DNA from: a virus | DNA length: 64,000 nt | Virus record (IMG/VR): IMGVR_UViG_3300021365_000003 | Strand: one strand, 5' to 3' | Shown here: one piece after another, positions 48,660-58,860 of the stretch | How positions within the stretch are numbered: position 1 is the first letter of the stretch | How the letters are laid out: each line of letters opens with the position of its first letter | Translations under genes and position numbers: made by a program | Notes under the pieces: generated by a model | What the model was told of the DNA's origin: nothing | Databases searched by the model: none | What the model saw: the letters and a program-made list of their open reading frames with translations, nothing else

Positions 48660-48736
48660 TAAAGATGCTGTATTGGGATCGTGAATCCTTTTTACAGTTT
48701 GCTTATTCATTGCTGAAGCTTCTTCGGCTATAATGC

Positions 48737-48772
48737 AAAACCCCGCTGGTTGAAAGATCAGCGGGGTTTTTT
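48737..48772 (+). terminator. Rho-independent terminator
   Basis: AAAACCCCGCTG...CAGCGGGGTTTTTT. Confidence 0.85.
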
Positions 48773-48781
48773 CGTCTTTAT

Positions 48782-48811
48782 GTGGATAAGATCCTCGCCT
48801 CGATCGTCTAA
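48782..48811 (+). repeat. 30-bp element, copy 6
   Basis: Identical core to copy 5. Confidence 0.92.
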
Positions 48812-48850
48812 CTAGCGAGCCCCCCGATCTTACTCCCCCGACGATGAAAA

Positions 48851-49048
48851 ATGAAAATTGGTGACTTAGTAGAAATGTGCTCCTTACCACTTGCCTATCG
48901 AAATGGACCAAGTAAGTACTATGGAATGGGGCTGGTAGATAAAATAATCGATTCAGATCATTATAGTGTTGATTGGATCATACTACCTTGGACGGAAGTG
49001 AGATACATACCTTATATATCCAAAGCTTTGCTAAGAGAAATAAAATGA
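48851..49048 (+). CDS. Small SH3/KOW-like protein leading array 1
   Basis: MKIGDLV...GLV...YSVDW; ATGA overlap with the first array gene. Confidence 0.65.
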   Translation: MKIGDLVEMCSLPLAYRNGPSKYYGMGLVDKIIDSDHYSVDWIILPWTEVRYIPYISKALLREIK

Positions 49049-50638
49049 ATAAACCTGAATGTAAAACTTATCCCAACGGAGACAAAGAGTGGTATCTAAA
49101 CGGAAAGCATCACCGTGAAGATGGCCCTGCTTGTGAGTATCCCAACGGAACCAAAGAATGGTGGCTAAACGGAAAGCGCCACCGTGAAGATGGTCCGGCT
49201 TGTGAGTGGGCCAACGGAGCCAAATTGTGGTATCTAAACGGTAAGCGTCACCGTGAAGATGGTCCGGCTGTTGAGTATGCCAACGGGCGCAAAGGGTGGT
49301 ATCTAAACAACAAAAAAGTCGATCCGGAAACTATTGTGGATCTATGGCTCGCAAAAAACATCTACTGCTTTTACAACCGTGAAACAAACAGTTTGGAGTT
49401 TGAGTAAAGATGAATAAACCTGAATGTAAAACTTATGCCAACGGAACCAAAGAATGGTATCTAAACGGCAAGCTTCACCGTGAAGATGGCCCGGCTGTTG
49501 AGTTGGCCAACGGAAACAAAGAATGGTATCTAAACGGCAAGCTTCACCGTGAAGATGGTCCTGCTGTTGAGAGGGCCAACGGATACAAAGAATGGCGGCT
49601 AAACGGCAAGCTTCACCGTGAAGATGGCCCGGCTGTTGAGTATGCCAGCGGAGCCAAAGAGTGGCATCTAAACGGAAAGCGCCACCGTGAAGATGGCCCG
49701 GCTGTTGAGAGGACCAACGGACACAAAGAATGGTATCTAAACGGAAAGCGCCACCGTGAAGATGGTCCGGCTTGTGAGGATACCAACGGAACCAAAGAAT
49801 GGTACGTAAACAACAAAGAAGCCGATCCGGAAACCATTGTGGATCTATGGCTCGCAAAAAACATCTACTGCTTTTACAACGTTGAAACAAACAGTTTGGA
49901 GTTTGAGTAAATGAATAAACCTGAATGTAAAACTTATGCCAACGGAGCCAAAGAATGGTATCTAAACGGCAAGCTTCACCGTGAAGATGGCCCGGCTGTT
50001 GAGTTGGCCAGCGGAAACAAAGCGTGGTTCCTAAACGACAAGCTTCACCGTGAAGATGGCCCTGCAATTGAGTATGCCAACGGAAACAAATGGTGGTTCC
50101 TAAACAACAAAAAAGCCGATCCGGAAACTATTGTGGATCTATGGCTCGCAAAGAACATCTACTGTTTTTACAACCGTGAAACAAACAGTTTGGAGTTTGA
50201 GTAAAGATGAATAAACCTGAATGTAAAATTTATGCCAACGGAACCAAAGAATGGCGGCTAAACGGAAAGCGCCACCGTGAAGATGGCCCGGCTCTAGAGT
50301 GTGCCGACGGATCCAAAGAATGGTTCCTAAACGGAAAGCGTCACCGTGAAGATGGTCCGGCTTTTGAGTGGCTCGACGGAGAAAAAGAATGGTTCCTAAA
50401 CGGCAAGCTTCACCGTGAAGATGGCCCGGCTTGTGAGTATGCCAACGGAGACAAACATTGGTATCTAAACGGCAATCTTCACCGTGAAGATGGCCCGGCT
50501 GTTGAGTATTCCAACGGAACCAAAGCGTGGTGGCTAAACCACGGAGAAGTCGATCCGGAAACCATTGTGGATCTATGGCTCGCAAAGAACATCTACTGTT
50601 TTTACAACCGTGAAACAAACAGTTTGGAGTTTGAGTAA
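49045..50638 (+). repeat. HREDGPA-repeat gene array 1: 49045..49407 (3 repeats), 49410..49910 (5), 49911..50204 (2), 50207..50638 (4)
   Basis: Four intact paralogs MNKPEC...DPETIVDLWLAKNIYCFYN.ETNSLEFE built from 69-bp units. Confidence 0.95.
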
Positions 50639-50682
50639 AAATGAAACAAATCGCTCCGGTGCGTCACTTTTTTCGATTTTAT

Positions 50683-50712
50683 GTGGATAAGATCCTCGCC
50701 TCGATCGTCTAA
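50683..50712 (+). repeat. 30-bp element, copy 7
   Basis: Lies within an 85-bp trailer shared with array 2. Confidence 0.92.
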
Positions 50713-50806
50713 CTAATGAGCGCCCAAAAGCCCACCAAGCTGCGCACCGAGGGGTTTTCGGCCCCCTCTCTTGAAACAAACCCTCCTTCAACAACAAAGG
50801 AAAAAA

Positions 50807-51292
50807 ATGTCGTTATGGAACTGGCACGTAGAATTTGAACTCAAAGAAGATCATCAAAAGATCATTGGAAAATTAACAGATGAACTTTGGAAAGAGTATG
50901 ATCTGCCGGCTGACGAACGAGAGCACTTCTTGTTTGAAGCGAGGAATGAAACAAAGTATCCTCGTTGGGGTTGGCAGGACTCCACTCAAAAAGACCTTCA
51001 TTCAGAGTTTGTTGATGCTGTTTATTCAAATTGCTTTACCACATTTTTGGAATGCTTCTTTGGTAATTTGAATGTATACGCACATAATTCTATCACAATG
51101 GAAGATTATTGTGGAGAGGAATGTTATGAAGCCGTTGATCAACTTCAAGAATTCCTTGCCTTAGTTTGTAAGCCAAAAGAAACATTCATTGAGAGCCAGT
51201 ATGTAGAGGATGACTGCTTACCCTTTAGACACGTTTTGTGTGAAGATGGATCTTGGGAGAATGTTTACCCGGCACTCAAATGGCCTGAATAA
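50807..51292 (+). CDS. Hypothetical protein
   Basis: Acidic ORF; ATG after AAGG. Confidence 0.65.
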   Translation: MSLWNWHVEFELKEDHQKIIGKLTDELWKEYDLPADEREHFLFEARNETKYPRWGWQDSTQKDLHSEFVDAVYSNCFTTFLECFFGNLNVYAHNSITMEDYCGEECYEAVDQLQEFLALVCKPKETFIESQYVEDDCLPFRHVLCEDGSWENVYPALKWPE

Positions 51293-51333
51293 CAAACAAC
51301 ACTATAATCAATTATTTCTTCTTGGAAAAAACA

Positions 51334-51579
51334 ATGAAACTAAAACTTGGAAATCTGGTTACTTTAGAAAACCCTAAGAATGGGCAACCATACAAAAACT
51401 ACTATGGCTTACTCACAAACATTAGAGACATAGAAAATAAGAATTCAAAATCAGAAATCTCAGACACAGATCCAAACTTTATTTTTTGTCAATGCACTAT
51501 TGATTGGCTTGAGTCTCCTTACGGTCAAAGAACGGAGACTTGTAACGCAACTTATGTAAGGGAGTATAACAATGCTTAG
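51334..51579 (+). CDS. Small SH3/KOW-like hypothetical protein
   Basis: LKLGNLV...YGLL...IDW pattern. Confidence 0.55.
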   Translation: MKLKLGNLVTLENPKNGQPYKNYYGLLTNIRDIENKNSKSEISDTDPNFIFCQCTIDWLESPYGQRTETCNATYVREYNNA

Positions 51580-51763
51580 AACTTTTATGTCCGGATTCTC
51601 ACAACAAGCTGGCAAAATGGTAGCAGAAGTTGTGGTACAAATGGCGATGCAAACTAAAACTGCACAAACACTAATTTATTCTGTAATGCAACAACCAGCC
51701 GCAGAGATTGAAGAGAAAACTAGGCCAATGGGGTTTGCGCCAAGTGGAAAAGGAGTGGAATAA
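51572..51763 (+). CDS. Small hypothetical protein
   Basis: Coupled ORF with SD GGAG. Confidence 0.55.
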   Translation: MLRTFMSGFSQQAGKMVAEVVVQMAMQTKTAQTLIYSVMQQPAAEIEEKTRPMGFAPSGKGVE

Positions 51764-52467
51764 TGTCTATGAAGATCAAAGTGACTATCCCTTCAGTAGA
51801 GTTCGTACAAGCTGATTCCGCTATTAGGCGATCTTTGTTCAAGATCCTAGAAGCCGGCGGAACAATTCCAGAAAATGATATGATGGAGGTTTGGAGGGGT
51901 CTTAGCGGACCTGTGCGTTGTGAGTGGGCAGTCAAAATGGCTGGAACAATACAATTGCAGCCTACACATATCCAAGAACTACAAGAACACCACAAGCGAT
52001 CAACTAAGCTACAGACATACCTCTTTACCTCTCAAAAAAGCTTATCTGATGAAGAAACTAACAGGATGTTTGCGACCTGGACCGAGGTGGTAAAAAGAGC
52101 GTTCAATAAACAGATGTCTTCAGGCTACCCGCTATACGGATCAGGTTCAGGCAAACTTAGGAGATTCGTTGTATCTCTCCTGGGGAGCGGTTGTCATTAC
52201 ATTGACCGATTAGACGAACAAACTTTGTATGACATAAGTTCATTCGTTTCTTCTCACGTCACAGCGGCTGATACAAAGCTCGGGCACTCGTATAAATATG
52301 TGCCTTGGTTTATCAGTCAATATATTGAGATGCTAAGCCGGGGCACAAGGAATTCCGTCTTGGTGCCTTTGCTGGCTTCTCCAAATCAGAAAATTAGCAA
52401 ATTAGCTGAAAGCGCTTATAGCAAAGTAGCAATAAATAGCCTAGATAATTCATCTATCTTGAAATAA
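51763..52467 (+). CDS. Hypothetical protein
   Basis: 234 aa; SD AGGAG. Confidence 0.65.
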   Translation: MSMKIKVTIPSVEFVQADSAIRRSLFKILEAGGTIPENDMMEVWRGLSGPVRCEWAVKMAGTIQLQPTHIQELQEHHKRSTKLQTYLFTSQKSLSDEETNRMFATWTEVVKRAFNKQMSSGYPLYGSGSGKLRRFVVSLLGSGCHYIDRLDEQTLYDISSFVSSHVTAADTKLGHSYKYVPWFISQYIEMLSRGTRNSVLVPLLASPNQKISKLAESAYSKVAINSLDNSSILK

Positions 52468-52500
52468 ATCACCCCGATCGGCCACTTTTTTCGATTTTAT

Positions 52501-52530
52501 GTGGATAAGATCCCTCGCTCGATCGTCTAA
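52501..52530 (+). repeat. 30-bp element, copy 8
   Basis: GTGGATAAGATCCCTCGCTCGATCGTCTAA. Confidence 0.92.
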
Positions 52531-52588
52531 CTGATGAGAGACGAATTCCCGCCGATAAAGGCAAAAACAACAACCTAGTAGGAAAAAA

Positions 52589-53995
52589 ATGACAGAACGA
52601 ACTTGTAGATATTGTGGTGAAGCCGGACATAATGTTCGCAGTTGTAAAGAGAAAGCTCGCACAACTGATTTGGCTGCACAGATCTTGCCACGCCTGTTGA
52701 GAGATCTACCAGCAGCAATCAAGAAAGCCGCTCCGATCCATTCGCTTGATGCATCAATGATTGAATGCGAAGTAACGCCAAGATCTGGTTATATCAAGCT
52801 CAGTTGGAACCAGTCTTCTGAACTGCAGAACTTGATTGTTGATAAGATTAGCAATTACTCTAAGTTCCAATTTGAAGATTCTCGATTGCTAAAAGAATCT
52901 ATGTCGATCAAGATCAAAGAAGGTAAAAACCAAGTACTGTCTTTCTTTGTAACTGGAGAAGTACCCAATGAGAATCACTATTATTTTAGGTTACAAAAGG
53001 CAATTGGGTTTTTGGAACTAGACTTTAGTGGTTTTGTTCAAAGTATGCTAGAGGCCAACAGCGACAATCAGTACAAGAAGATTTGGAAGGAAGTTGTAGA
53101 GCCGACTATGAAAAACGGCAACTACTCAAATTATGAAGGAAAAGAAGGTGCTCTAGTCATTGCTTTCTTGCGTTCTCATCTCAGGAACGTTCAAAGTTCA
53201 GCGCTGAATAAAAGAAACGGTAGTGGAAGTGAGTTCTTTTCTTCTATGGTTTCTGCTATCCATATGGATTCAAGCAACAAGTCTTCAGCATACAAGAATG
53301 TAGAGCATACAAAATATGAAGGAGAATGGTATAACGATCAGTCTCCGGACATAGAGATCAGTTGGATGGATGATGAACGGCTTAGTAGAAACCTTAGCTT
53401 CAAGCTAACACAAGCGCTGACGTCAGAGATTGAAACTTTAGTCAAAGAGTATGCGCAAGAGCTACTTTTCAGCCATGCCAAGAGTATAACATTGCAATCC
53501 GCCAGTAGAGGATACGGCATTAGTACGATTTCGCACTTGATTGATTTTATGATACCCAACTACAACAAACTAGATGGAGTCAATAATACAGCCGAAGTAA
53601 ATTCTGCTTACTTTAGCACTGTGACAGTCGGTGGAAACTTGTTCTATGAAGAAGGCACGCCTATGAAGGCCACCACCGACATGATGGAAAAGTGTACTGC
53701 TCTCCTTCAGCCACGCAAGACAAGAGATCTTGCTAGTGACTTCATAAAAATGGCTCATTCCGGCGGGTACGCACAAACGTTTGAGAAGGGAAAAATGATC
53801 GGCGGAACAACCGGCTCCTCATCAATTGCGAGAACATTGGATGTGAGACAAAAGAAGTGGAACGGCGAACCTGAAGCTGTTACATATGTTGCCTTCTACC
53901 CTGGTAACAATTGCTCAGTCTCTATTAGTGATCTTGTAAACTCCATTTTGGAAATATACGCTTTTGCTGAAATGTCGTCAAAGGAGAATGAATGA
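52589..53995 (+). CDS. Hypothetical protein with an N-terminal zinc knuckle
   Basis: CRYCGEAGHNVRSC (CCHC). Confidence 0.75.
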   Translation: MTERTCRYCGEAGHNVRSCKEKARTTDLAAQILPRLLRDLPAAIKKAAPIHSLDASMIECEVTPRSGYIKLSWNQSSELQNLIVDKISNYSKFQFEDSRLLKESMSIKIKEGKNQVLSFFVTGEVPNENHYYFRLQKAIGFLELDFSGFVQSMLEANSDNQYKKIWKEVVEPTMKNGNYSNYEGKEGALVIAFLRSHLRNVQSSALNKRNGSGSEFFSSMVSAIHMDSSNKSSAYKNVEHTKYEGEWYNDQSPDIEISWMDDERLSRNLSFKLTQALTSEIETLVKEYAQELLFSHAKSITLQSASRGYGISTISHLIDFMIPNYNKLDGVNNTAEVNSAYFSTVTVGGNLFYEEGTPMKATTDMMEKCTALLQPRKTRDLASDFIKMAHSGGYAQTFEKGKMIGGTTGSSSIARTLDVRQKKWNGEPEAVTYVAFYPGNNCSVSISDLVNSILEIYAFAEMSSKENE

Positions 53996-54183
53996 AAGAA
54001 GGGGATTTAGTAACTATGCCCATGATGCCTATGCGCACAAGGGAGTGTCCCGACAATCTAGGCTTAGTTATTGGGTGGGATGAAGCAGGAGATCCGTGGA
54101 TAGATTGGATTTACCCAACTAAGTTTTGGATGAGTCCATCGGTCGAATACAAAGAAGACCTGCTAATCGTATCGGAGGCATAG
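53992..54183 (+). CDS. Small SH3/KOW-like hypothetical protein
   Basis: MKEGDLV...LGLVI...IDW...EDL.IVS. Confidence 0.6.
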   Translation: MKEGDLVTMPMMPMRTRECPDNLGLVIGWDEAGDPWIDWIYPTKFWMSPSVEYKEDLLIVSEA

Positions 54184-54458
54184 AATTGAGAATTGGTAAA
54201 GTGATAAAATACAAGACCCAGCAGGTAAAGGTTGTAGGGTTTTTAGACGCAGAGAATGAAATAACTTATAAGTATAAACCCCAGCATCGGATCATCGTTC
54301 AAGACAAAGAAGGTGTCAAGTGGGTTCATCAAAACAACAAGGAAAGAAAATGAGTTCAGAAAAAATCACAAAAAAGCAAATTTGTCAGGCTTGCTTTAGT
54401 TTTATTGATAGTAAAGAAAAGAAGTCGCTTTGCCGACACTGCGAAACAAAGTATAAAA

Positions 54459-54704
54459 ATGAAGCAAAAGTTTGAGTTAGCAGATCTGGTATGTTCTACC
54501 TACGGGACCACATATGGCGAGGACATCTCTAACTTTGATAGTGACCGCAGTATGGGCTTGGTTGTTGATATTATCGAGCCAGTGATTGCCGATCTGGGTG
54601 AGGACAAGCCGCCACTAGAATGTGTCTATTGTATTGAGTGGCTAACCGGAGCAAGCTGTGGGAGCATTGAGAAGTTTAGTGGTAAATACCTAATGAAGGT
54701 ATGA
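54459..54704 (+). CDS. Small SH3/KOW-like protein leading array 2
   Basis: FELADLV...MGLVVDI...YCIEW; start position uncertain. Confidence 0.55.
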   Translation: MKQKFELADLVCSTYGTTYGEDISNFDSDRSMGLVVDIIEPVIADLGEDKPPLECVYCIEWLTGASCGSIEKFSGKYLMKV

Positions 54705-54714
54705 GTTTGAGTAA

Positions 54715-56965
54715 ATGAATAAACCTGAATGTAAAACTTATCCCAACGGAAACAAAGAATGGTTCCTAAACGGAGAGCATCACCGTGAAGATGGTCCGGC
54801 TGTTGAGTGGGCCAACGGAGAAAAATGGTGGTATCTAAACGGCAAGCTTCACCGTGAAGATGGTCCGGCTGCTGAGTTGGGCGACGGAACCAAAGAATGG
54901 TGGCTAAACGGAAAGCGTCACCGTGAAGATGGTCCGGCTAGTGAGTTGGGCAGCGGAATCAAATATTGGTATCTAAACGGAAAGCGCCACCGTGAAGATG
55001 GCCCGGCTTGCGAGTGGGCCAACGGATACAAAGCGTGGTGGCTAAACCACGAAAAAGTCGATCCGGAAACAATTGTGGATCTATGGCTCGCAAAAAACAT
55101 CTACTGTTTTTATAACCGTGAAACAAACAGTTTGGAGTTTGAGTAAAGATGAATAAACCTGAATGTAAAACTTATGCCAACGGAACCAAAGAATGGTGGC
55201 TAAACGACAGGCTTCACCGTGAAGATGGCCCTGCAGTTGAGTATGCCAACGGAAACAAAGAATGGTATCTAAACGACAAGCTTCACCGTGAAGATGGCCC
55301 TGCAATTGAGTTGGCCAACGGACACAAATCGTGGCATCTAAACGGAAAGTGTCACCGTGAAGATGGCCCGGCTGTTGAGTTGGCCAACGGAAACAAAGCG
55401 TGGTATCTAAACCACGAAAAAGTCGATCCGGAAACTATTGTGGATCTATGGCTGGCAAAGAACATCTACTGCTTTTACAACGTTGAAACAAACAGTTTAG
55501 AGTTTGAGTAAAGATGAATAAACCTGAATGTAAAACTTATCCCAACGGAGACAAAGTGTGGTACCTAAACGGAGAGCATCACCGTGAAGATGGTCCGGCT
55601 GTTGAGTGGGCCAACGGACACAAAGTGTGGTGTCTAAACGGAAAGCGCCACCGTGAAGATGGCCCGGCTATTGAGTATGCCAGCGGAGACAAAGAATGGT
55701 ATCTAAACGACAAGCTTCACCGTGAAGATGGTCCGGCTGTTGAGTATGCCAGCGGAACCAAAGAATGGTATCTAAACCACGAAAAAGTCGATCCGGAAAC
55801 TATTGTGGATCTATGGCTGGCAAAGAACATCTACTGCTTTTACAACGTTGAAACAAACAGTTTAGAGTTTGAGTAAATGAATAAACCTGAATGTAAAACT
55901 TATCCCAACGGAGACAAAGTGTGGTCGCTAAACGGCAAGCTTCACCGTGAAGATGGCCCGGCTGTTGAGTGGGCCAACGGGCGCAAAGAATGGTTTCTAA
56001 ACGGAAAGCTTCACCGTGAAGATGGCCCGGCTATTGAGTATGCCAACGGGCGCAAAGAATGGTTTCTAAACGGAAAGCTTCACCGTGAAGATGGCCCGGC
56101 TAGTGAGTGGGCCAACGGAACCAAAGTGTGGTATCTAGACGACGAAAAAGCCGATCCGGAAACTATTGTGGATCTATGGCTCGCAAAAAACATCTACTGC
56201 TTTTACAACGTTGAAACAAACAGTTTAGAGTTTGAGTAAATGAATAAACCTGAATGTACAACTTATCCCAACGGACACAAAGTGTGGCATCTAAACGGAA
56301 AGCGTCACCGTGAAGATGGCCCTGCTTATGAGTATGCCAGCGGAACCAAAGCGTGGTGGCTAAACGGAAAGCTTCACCGTGAAGATGGTCCGGCTGTTGA
56401 GTATGCCAGCGGAACCAAAGAATGGTTTCTAAACGGAAGGCGCCACCGTGAAGATGGCCCGGCTAGTGAGAGGGCCAACGGAACCAAAGTGTGGTATCTA
56501 AACAATAAAGAAGTCGATCCGGAAACCATTGTGGATCTATGGCTGGCAAGGAACATCTACTGCTTTTACAACCCTGAAACAAACAGTTTGGAGTTTGAGT
56601 AAATGAATAAACCTGAATGTACAACTTATCCCAACGGAAGCAAAGACTGGTATCTAAACGGCATGCTTCACCGTGAAGATGGTCCGGCTGTTGAGTGGGC
56701 CAACGGAACCAAAGAATGGCGGCTAAACGGAAAGCGCCACCGTGAAGATGGTCCGGCTAGTGAGTGGGCCAACGGAAACAAAGTGTGGTGGCTAAACGGA
56801 GAACTCCACCGTGAAGATGGTCCTGCTTGTGAGTATGCCGACGGATCCAAAGAATGGTGGCTAAACAATAAAGAAGTCGATCCGGAAACTATTGTGGATC
56901 TATGGCTCGCAAAAAACATCTACTGCTTTTACAACGTTGAAACAAACAGTTTAGAGTTTGAGTAA
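54715..56965 (+). repeat. HREDGPA-repeat gene array 2: 54715..55146 (4 repeats); 55149..55511, 55514..55876, 55877..56239, 56240..56602, 56603..56965 (3 each)
   Basis: Six intact head-to-tail paralogs separated by 0 or 2 nt. Confidence 0.95.
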
Positions 56966-57009
56966 AAATGAAACAAATCGCTCCGGTGCGTCACTTTTTT
57001 CGATTTTAT

Positions 57010-57039
57010 GTGGATAAGATCCTCCGCTCGATCGTCTAA
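57010..57039 (+). repeat. 30-bp element, copy 9
   Basis: GTGGATAAGATCCTCCGCTCGATCGTCTAA. Confidence 0.92.
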
Positions 57040-57086
57040 CTATTGAGCGCAGAATGACCCCGACACCGATTACCAAGGAAGAAAAA

Positions 57087-57767
57087 ATGGAAAATGTAAA
57101 TGCTACTTTAGAGTATCTCGCTTCTTCAAAGATCCAAGCTCGCCTTTCAGACTGGGAAAAGAGTTTTACAAATTCTCTAAGCACACAGTTCAAGAATCGT
57201 GGGGAACTATCAAGTCGCCAGATTGATACTTTAGGTGGTGTATACCAAAAGCACGCTCCTAGTATGATCAACGCACAAGCCAAATTTGAGAAGCAGTTCA
57301 AAGAAGATGGAACCACCCAGCAACTGTGGGAAGCAGTAATCTCTTACTACGAAGAAAACCCGCCTTATTACTCTAATGTCATCCGAGAAACAAGAAACAA
57401 CAAAGAGTTTATTCCTCATCGGGCTTTGTATATCAAGATGACAGAAAACACCTACTTCCAAAAGTGGCTAGAACTAAAAAACAAAGAGCCGGCTTTTGAC
57501 GTTGGTGATCTAGTAAGAGCGCACGGCCAAAGTCCAAATCAGATATTTCTACAAAACGCATATGGTAAGTTAGGAACCAGGCCACACATTTATAGCCATA
57601 GCAATTGGGCGAAAGCAAAGAAAGAAAAGCATATGTTCTTAATTGAGAGCATCTGTAAAGACACTTGGACTGCTTCTATGGGATCGAAACTATACAAAGT
57701 TATAGACATCTCAGGGGACACACCTTACAGTCTTTACTTTGAAGAGCGTCACCTCAAAAAGGTTTAG
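57087..57767 (+). CDS. Hypothetical protein
   Basis: LSDWEKSF..SL..Q...LS.RQ motif and a C-terminal FDVGDLV SH3-like segment. Confidence 0.7.
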   Translation: MENVNATLEYLASSKIQARLSDWEKSFTNSLSTQFKNRGELSSRQIDTLGGVYQKHAPSMINAQAKFEKQFKEDGTTQQLWEAVISYYEENPPYYSNVIRETRNNKEFIPHRALYIKMTENTYFQKWLELKNKEPAFDVGDLVRAHGQSPNQIFLQNAYGKLGTRPHIYSHSNWAKAKKEKHMFLIESICKDTWTASMGSKLYKVIDISGDTPYSLYFEERHLKKV

Positions 57768-57773
57768 CCACTT

Positions 57774-58088
57774 ATGAAAAAGAACGACGTACATACTATC
57801 GATGCTGTAAAAGGCGCTCTTACACCAATCAATACAGTGGCTTTGGCTTGTTTTGTTGCTGGTAAGTTTACAGGCATCTGTGCCGCAGCAACAATCCTTT
57901 CCTTACAACTAGAGCTTGGAAAGGTGCTTTTGATCGCATACGCTTTGTTAGTTGGAACATCAATCGCTCTTTCTCTTATTGACTGGTTTCTAATCTCGTC
58001 AAGAACAAAGAAAGAAAAGCCAGAACTATCAGAGCAGGAACTAATCAAAATGGCTAATCAATACGGGCTAAAGATTACAAAAGCCTGA
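57774..58088 (+). CDS. Membrane protein
   Basis: Two hydrophobic segments. Confidence 0.6.
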   Translation: MKKNDVHTIDAVKGALTPINTVALACFVAGKFTGICAAATILSLQLELGKVLLIAYALLVGTSIALSLIDWFLISSRTKKEKPELSEQELIKMANQYGLKITKA

Positions 58089-58112
58089 TTAGATAAGTTG
58101 CTCTTGTGAAGA

Positions 58113-58314
58113 GTCTTTTGAGAGCTTGGACATTTGTTCGAGTTATCCGTTAGTGACCAATGTTAGAGGTAAACTTGGGAAAGCGAATATTATTACGAAA
58201 CCTCAGTGTTGGTGAGAGCCCAACAAAAAGTCGTAATGGGAAATAGGAAATCCGCCTAGTAAGTCCAATCAAAAGGCAAAGGAGATAGAGGTTCAAGTCC
58301 TCTTTACGGCACTA
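58113..58314 (+). ncRNA. Candidate structured RNA ending in a tRNA-like domain (58230..58311)
   Basis: Acceptor GTCGTAA/TTACGGC, D arm GGA-AATAGGAAA-TCC, T arm AGAGG-TTCAAGT-CCTCT; non-canonical anticodon arm; ORF-free gap on the + strand. Confidence 0.6.
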
Positions 58315-58398
58315 AAAATTTTGTGAAACAAAACCTTTTTTCGGCCCCCCCGCTTTTGAAAGAAAGCACCACCACAACAAAAAGAGCAGAGAGAGAAA

Positions 58399-58590
58399 AT
58401 GACAGGAGAACAATACACATACCTGAAAGCAATCGAACTAATGGGAGATTGGGTTTCTTTTCTTAAAGATGTTCGCACAGAAAGTGAAGAATCAGGACTT
58501 GAAGAACCTGAACCTACTGAGATGATTGAGTTTTTCGAGCAACAAATCAGATCGATCGTACTAGCAATCCCCCCTAGTGGTGAAGCCTAA
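58399..58590 (+). CDS. Small hypothetical protein
   Basis: 63-aa ORF. Confidence 0.5.
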   Translation: MTGEQYTYLKAIELMGDWVSFLKDVRTESEESGLEEPEPTEMIEFFEQQIRSIVLAIPPSGEA

Positions 58591-58618
58591 AACAAACACA
58601 AACAACAAAGGAGAAAAG

Positions 58619-58795
58619 ATGAGGCCACCAGATTTTGAAATTAGCCAAGAAGTCGTAGTTGATGGAACAGACTATGGAACTATTACTTTTATCGATAAAA
58701 ATGACGATGAAGAAATGTATTGCGTTGAAAGTGCCTTGACCGGCTCAACTTATTACATTAGAAACACACGCCGGCTGGAGGCAGCAAACACCTGA
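58619..58795 (+). CDS. Small SH3-like hypothetical protein
   Basis: SD AAGGAG; FEISQEV...YGTI...YCV. Confidence 0.55.
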   Translation: MRPPDFEISQEVVVDGTDYGTITFIDKNDDEEMYCVESALTGSTYYIRNTRRLEAANT

Positions 58796-58860
58796 CAACA
58801 TCGATTGCTTACACAACATCACACTATTTAGAAGAACGCTCCAAGAACAAGGAAAAAAAC

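Noticed and set aside
58089-58314. tmRNA or canonical tRNA
   Set aside because: There is no alanyl G3-U70 acceptor stem or tag ORF, and no canonical anticodon arm. Kept only as a tRNA-like ncRNA candidate.
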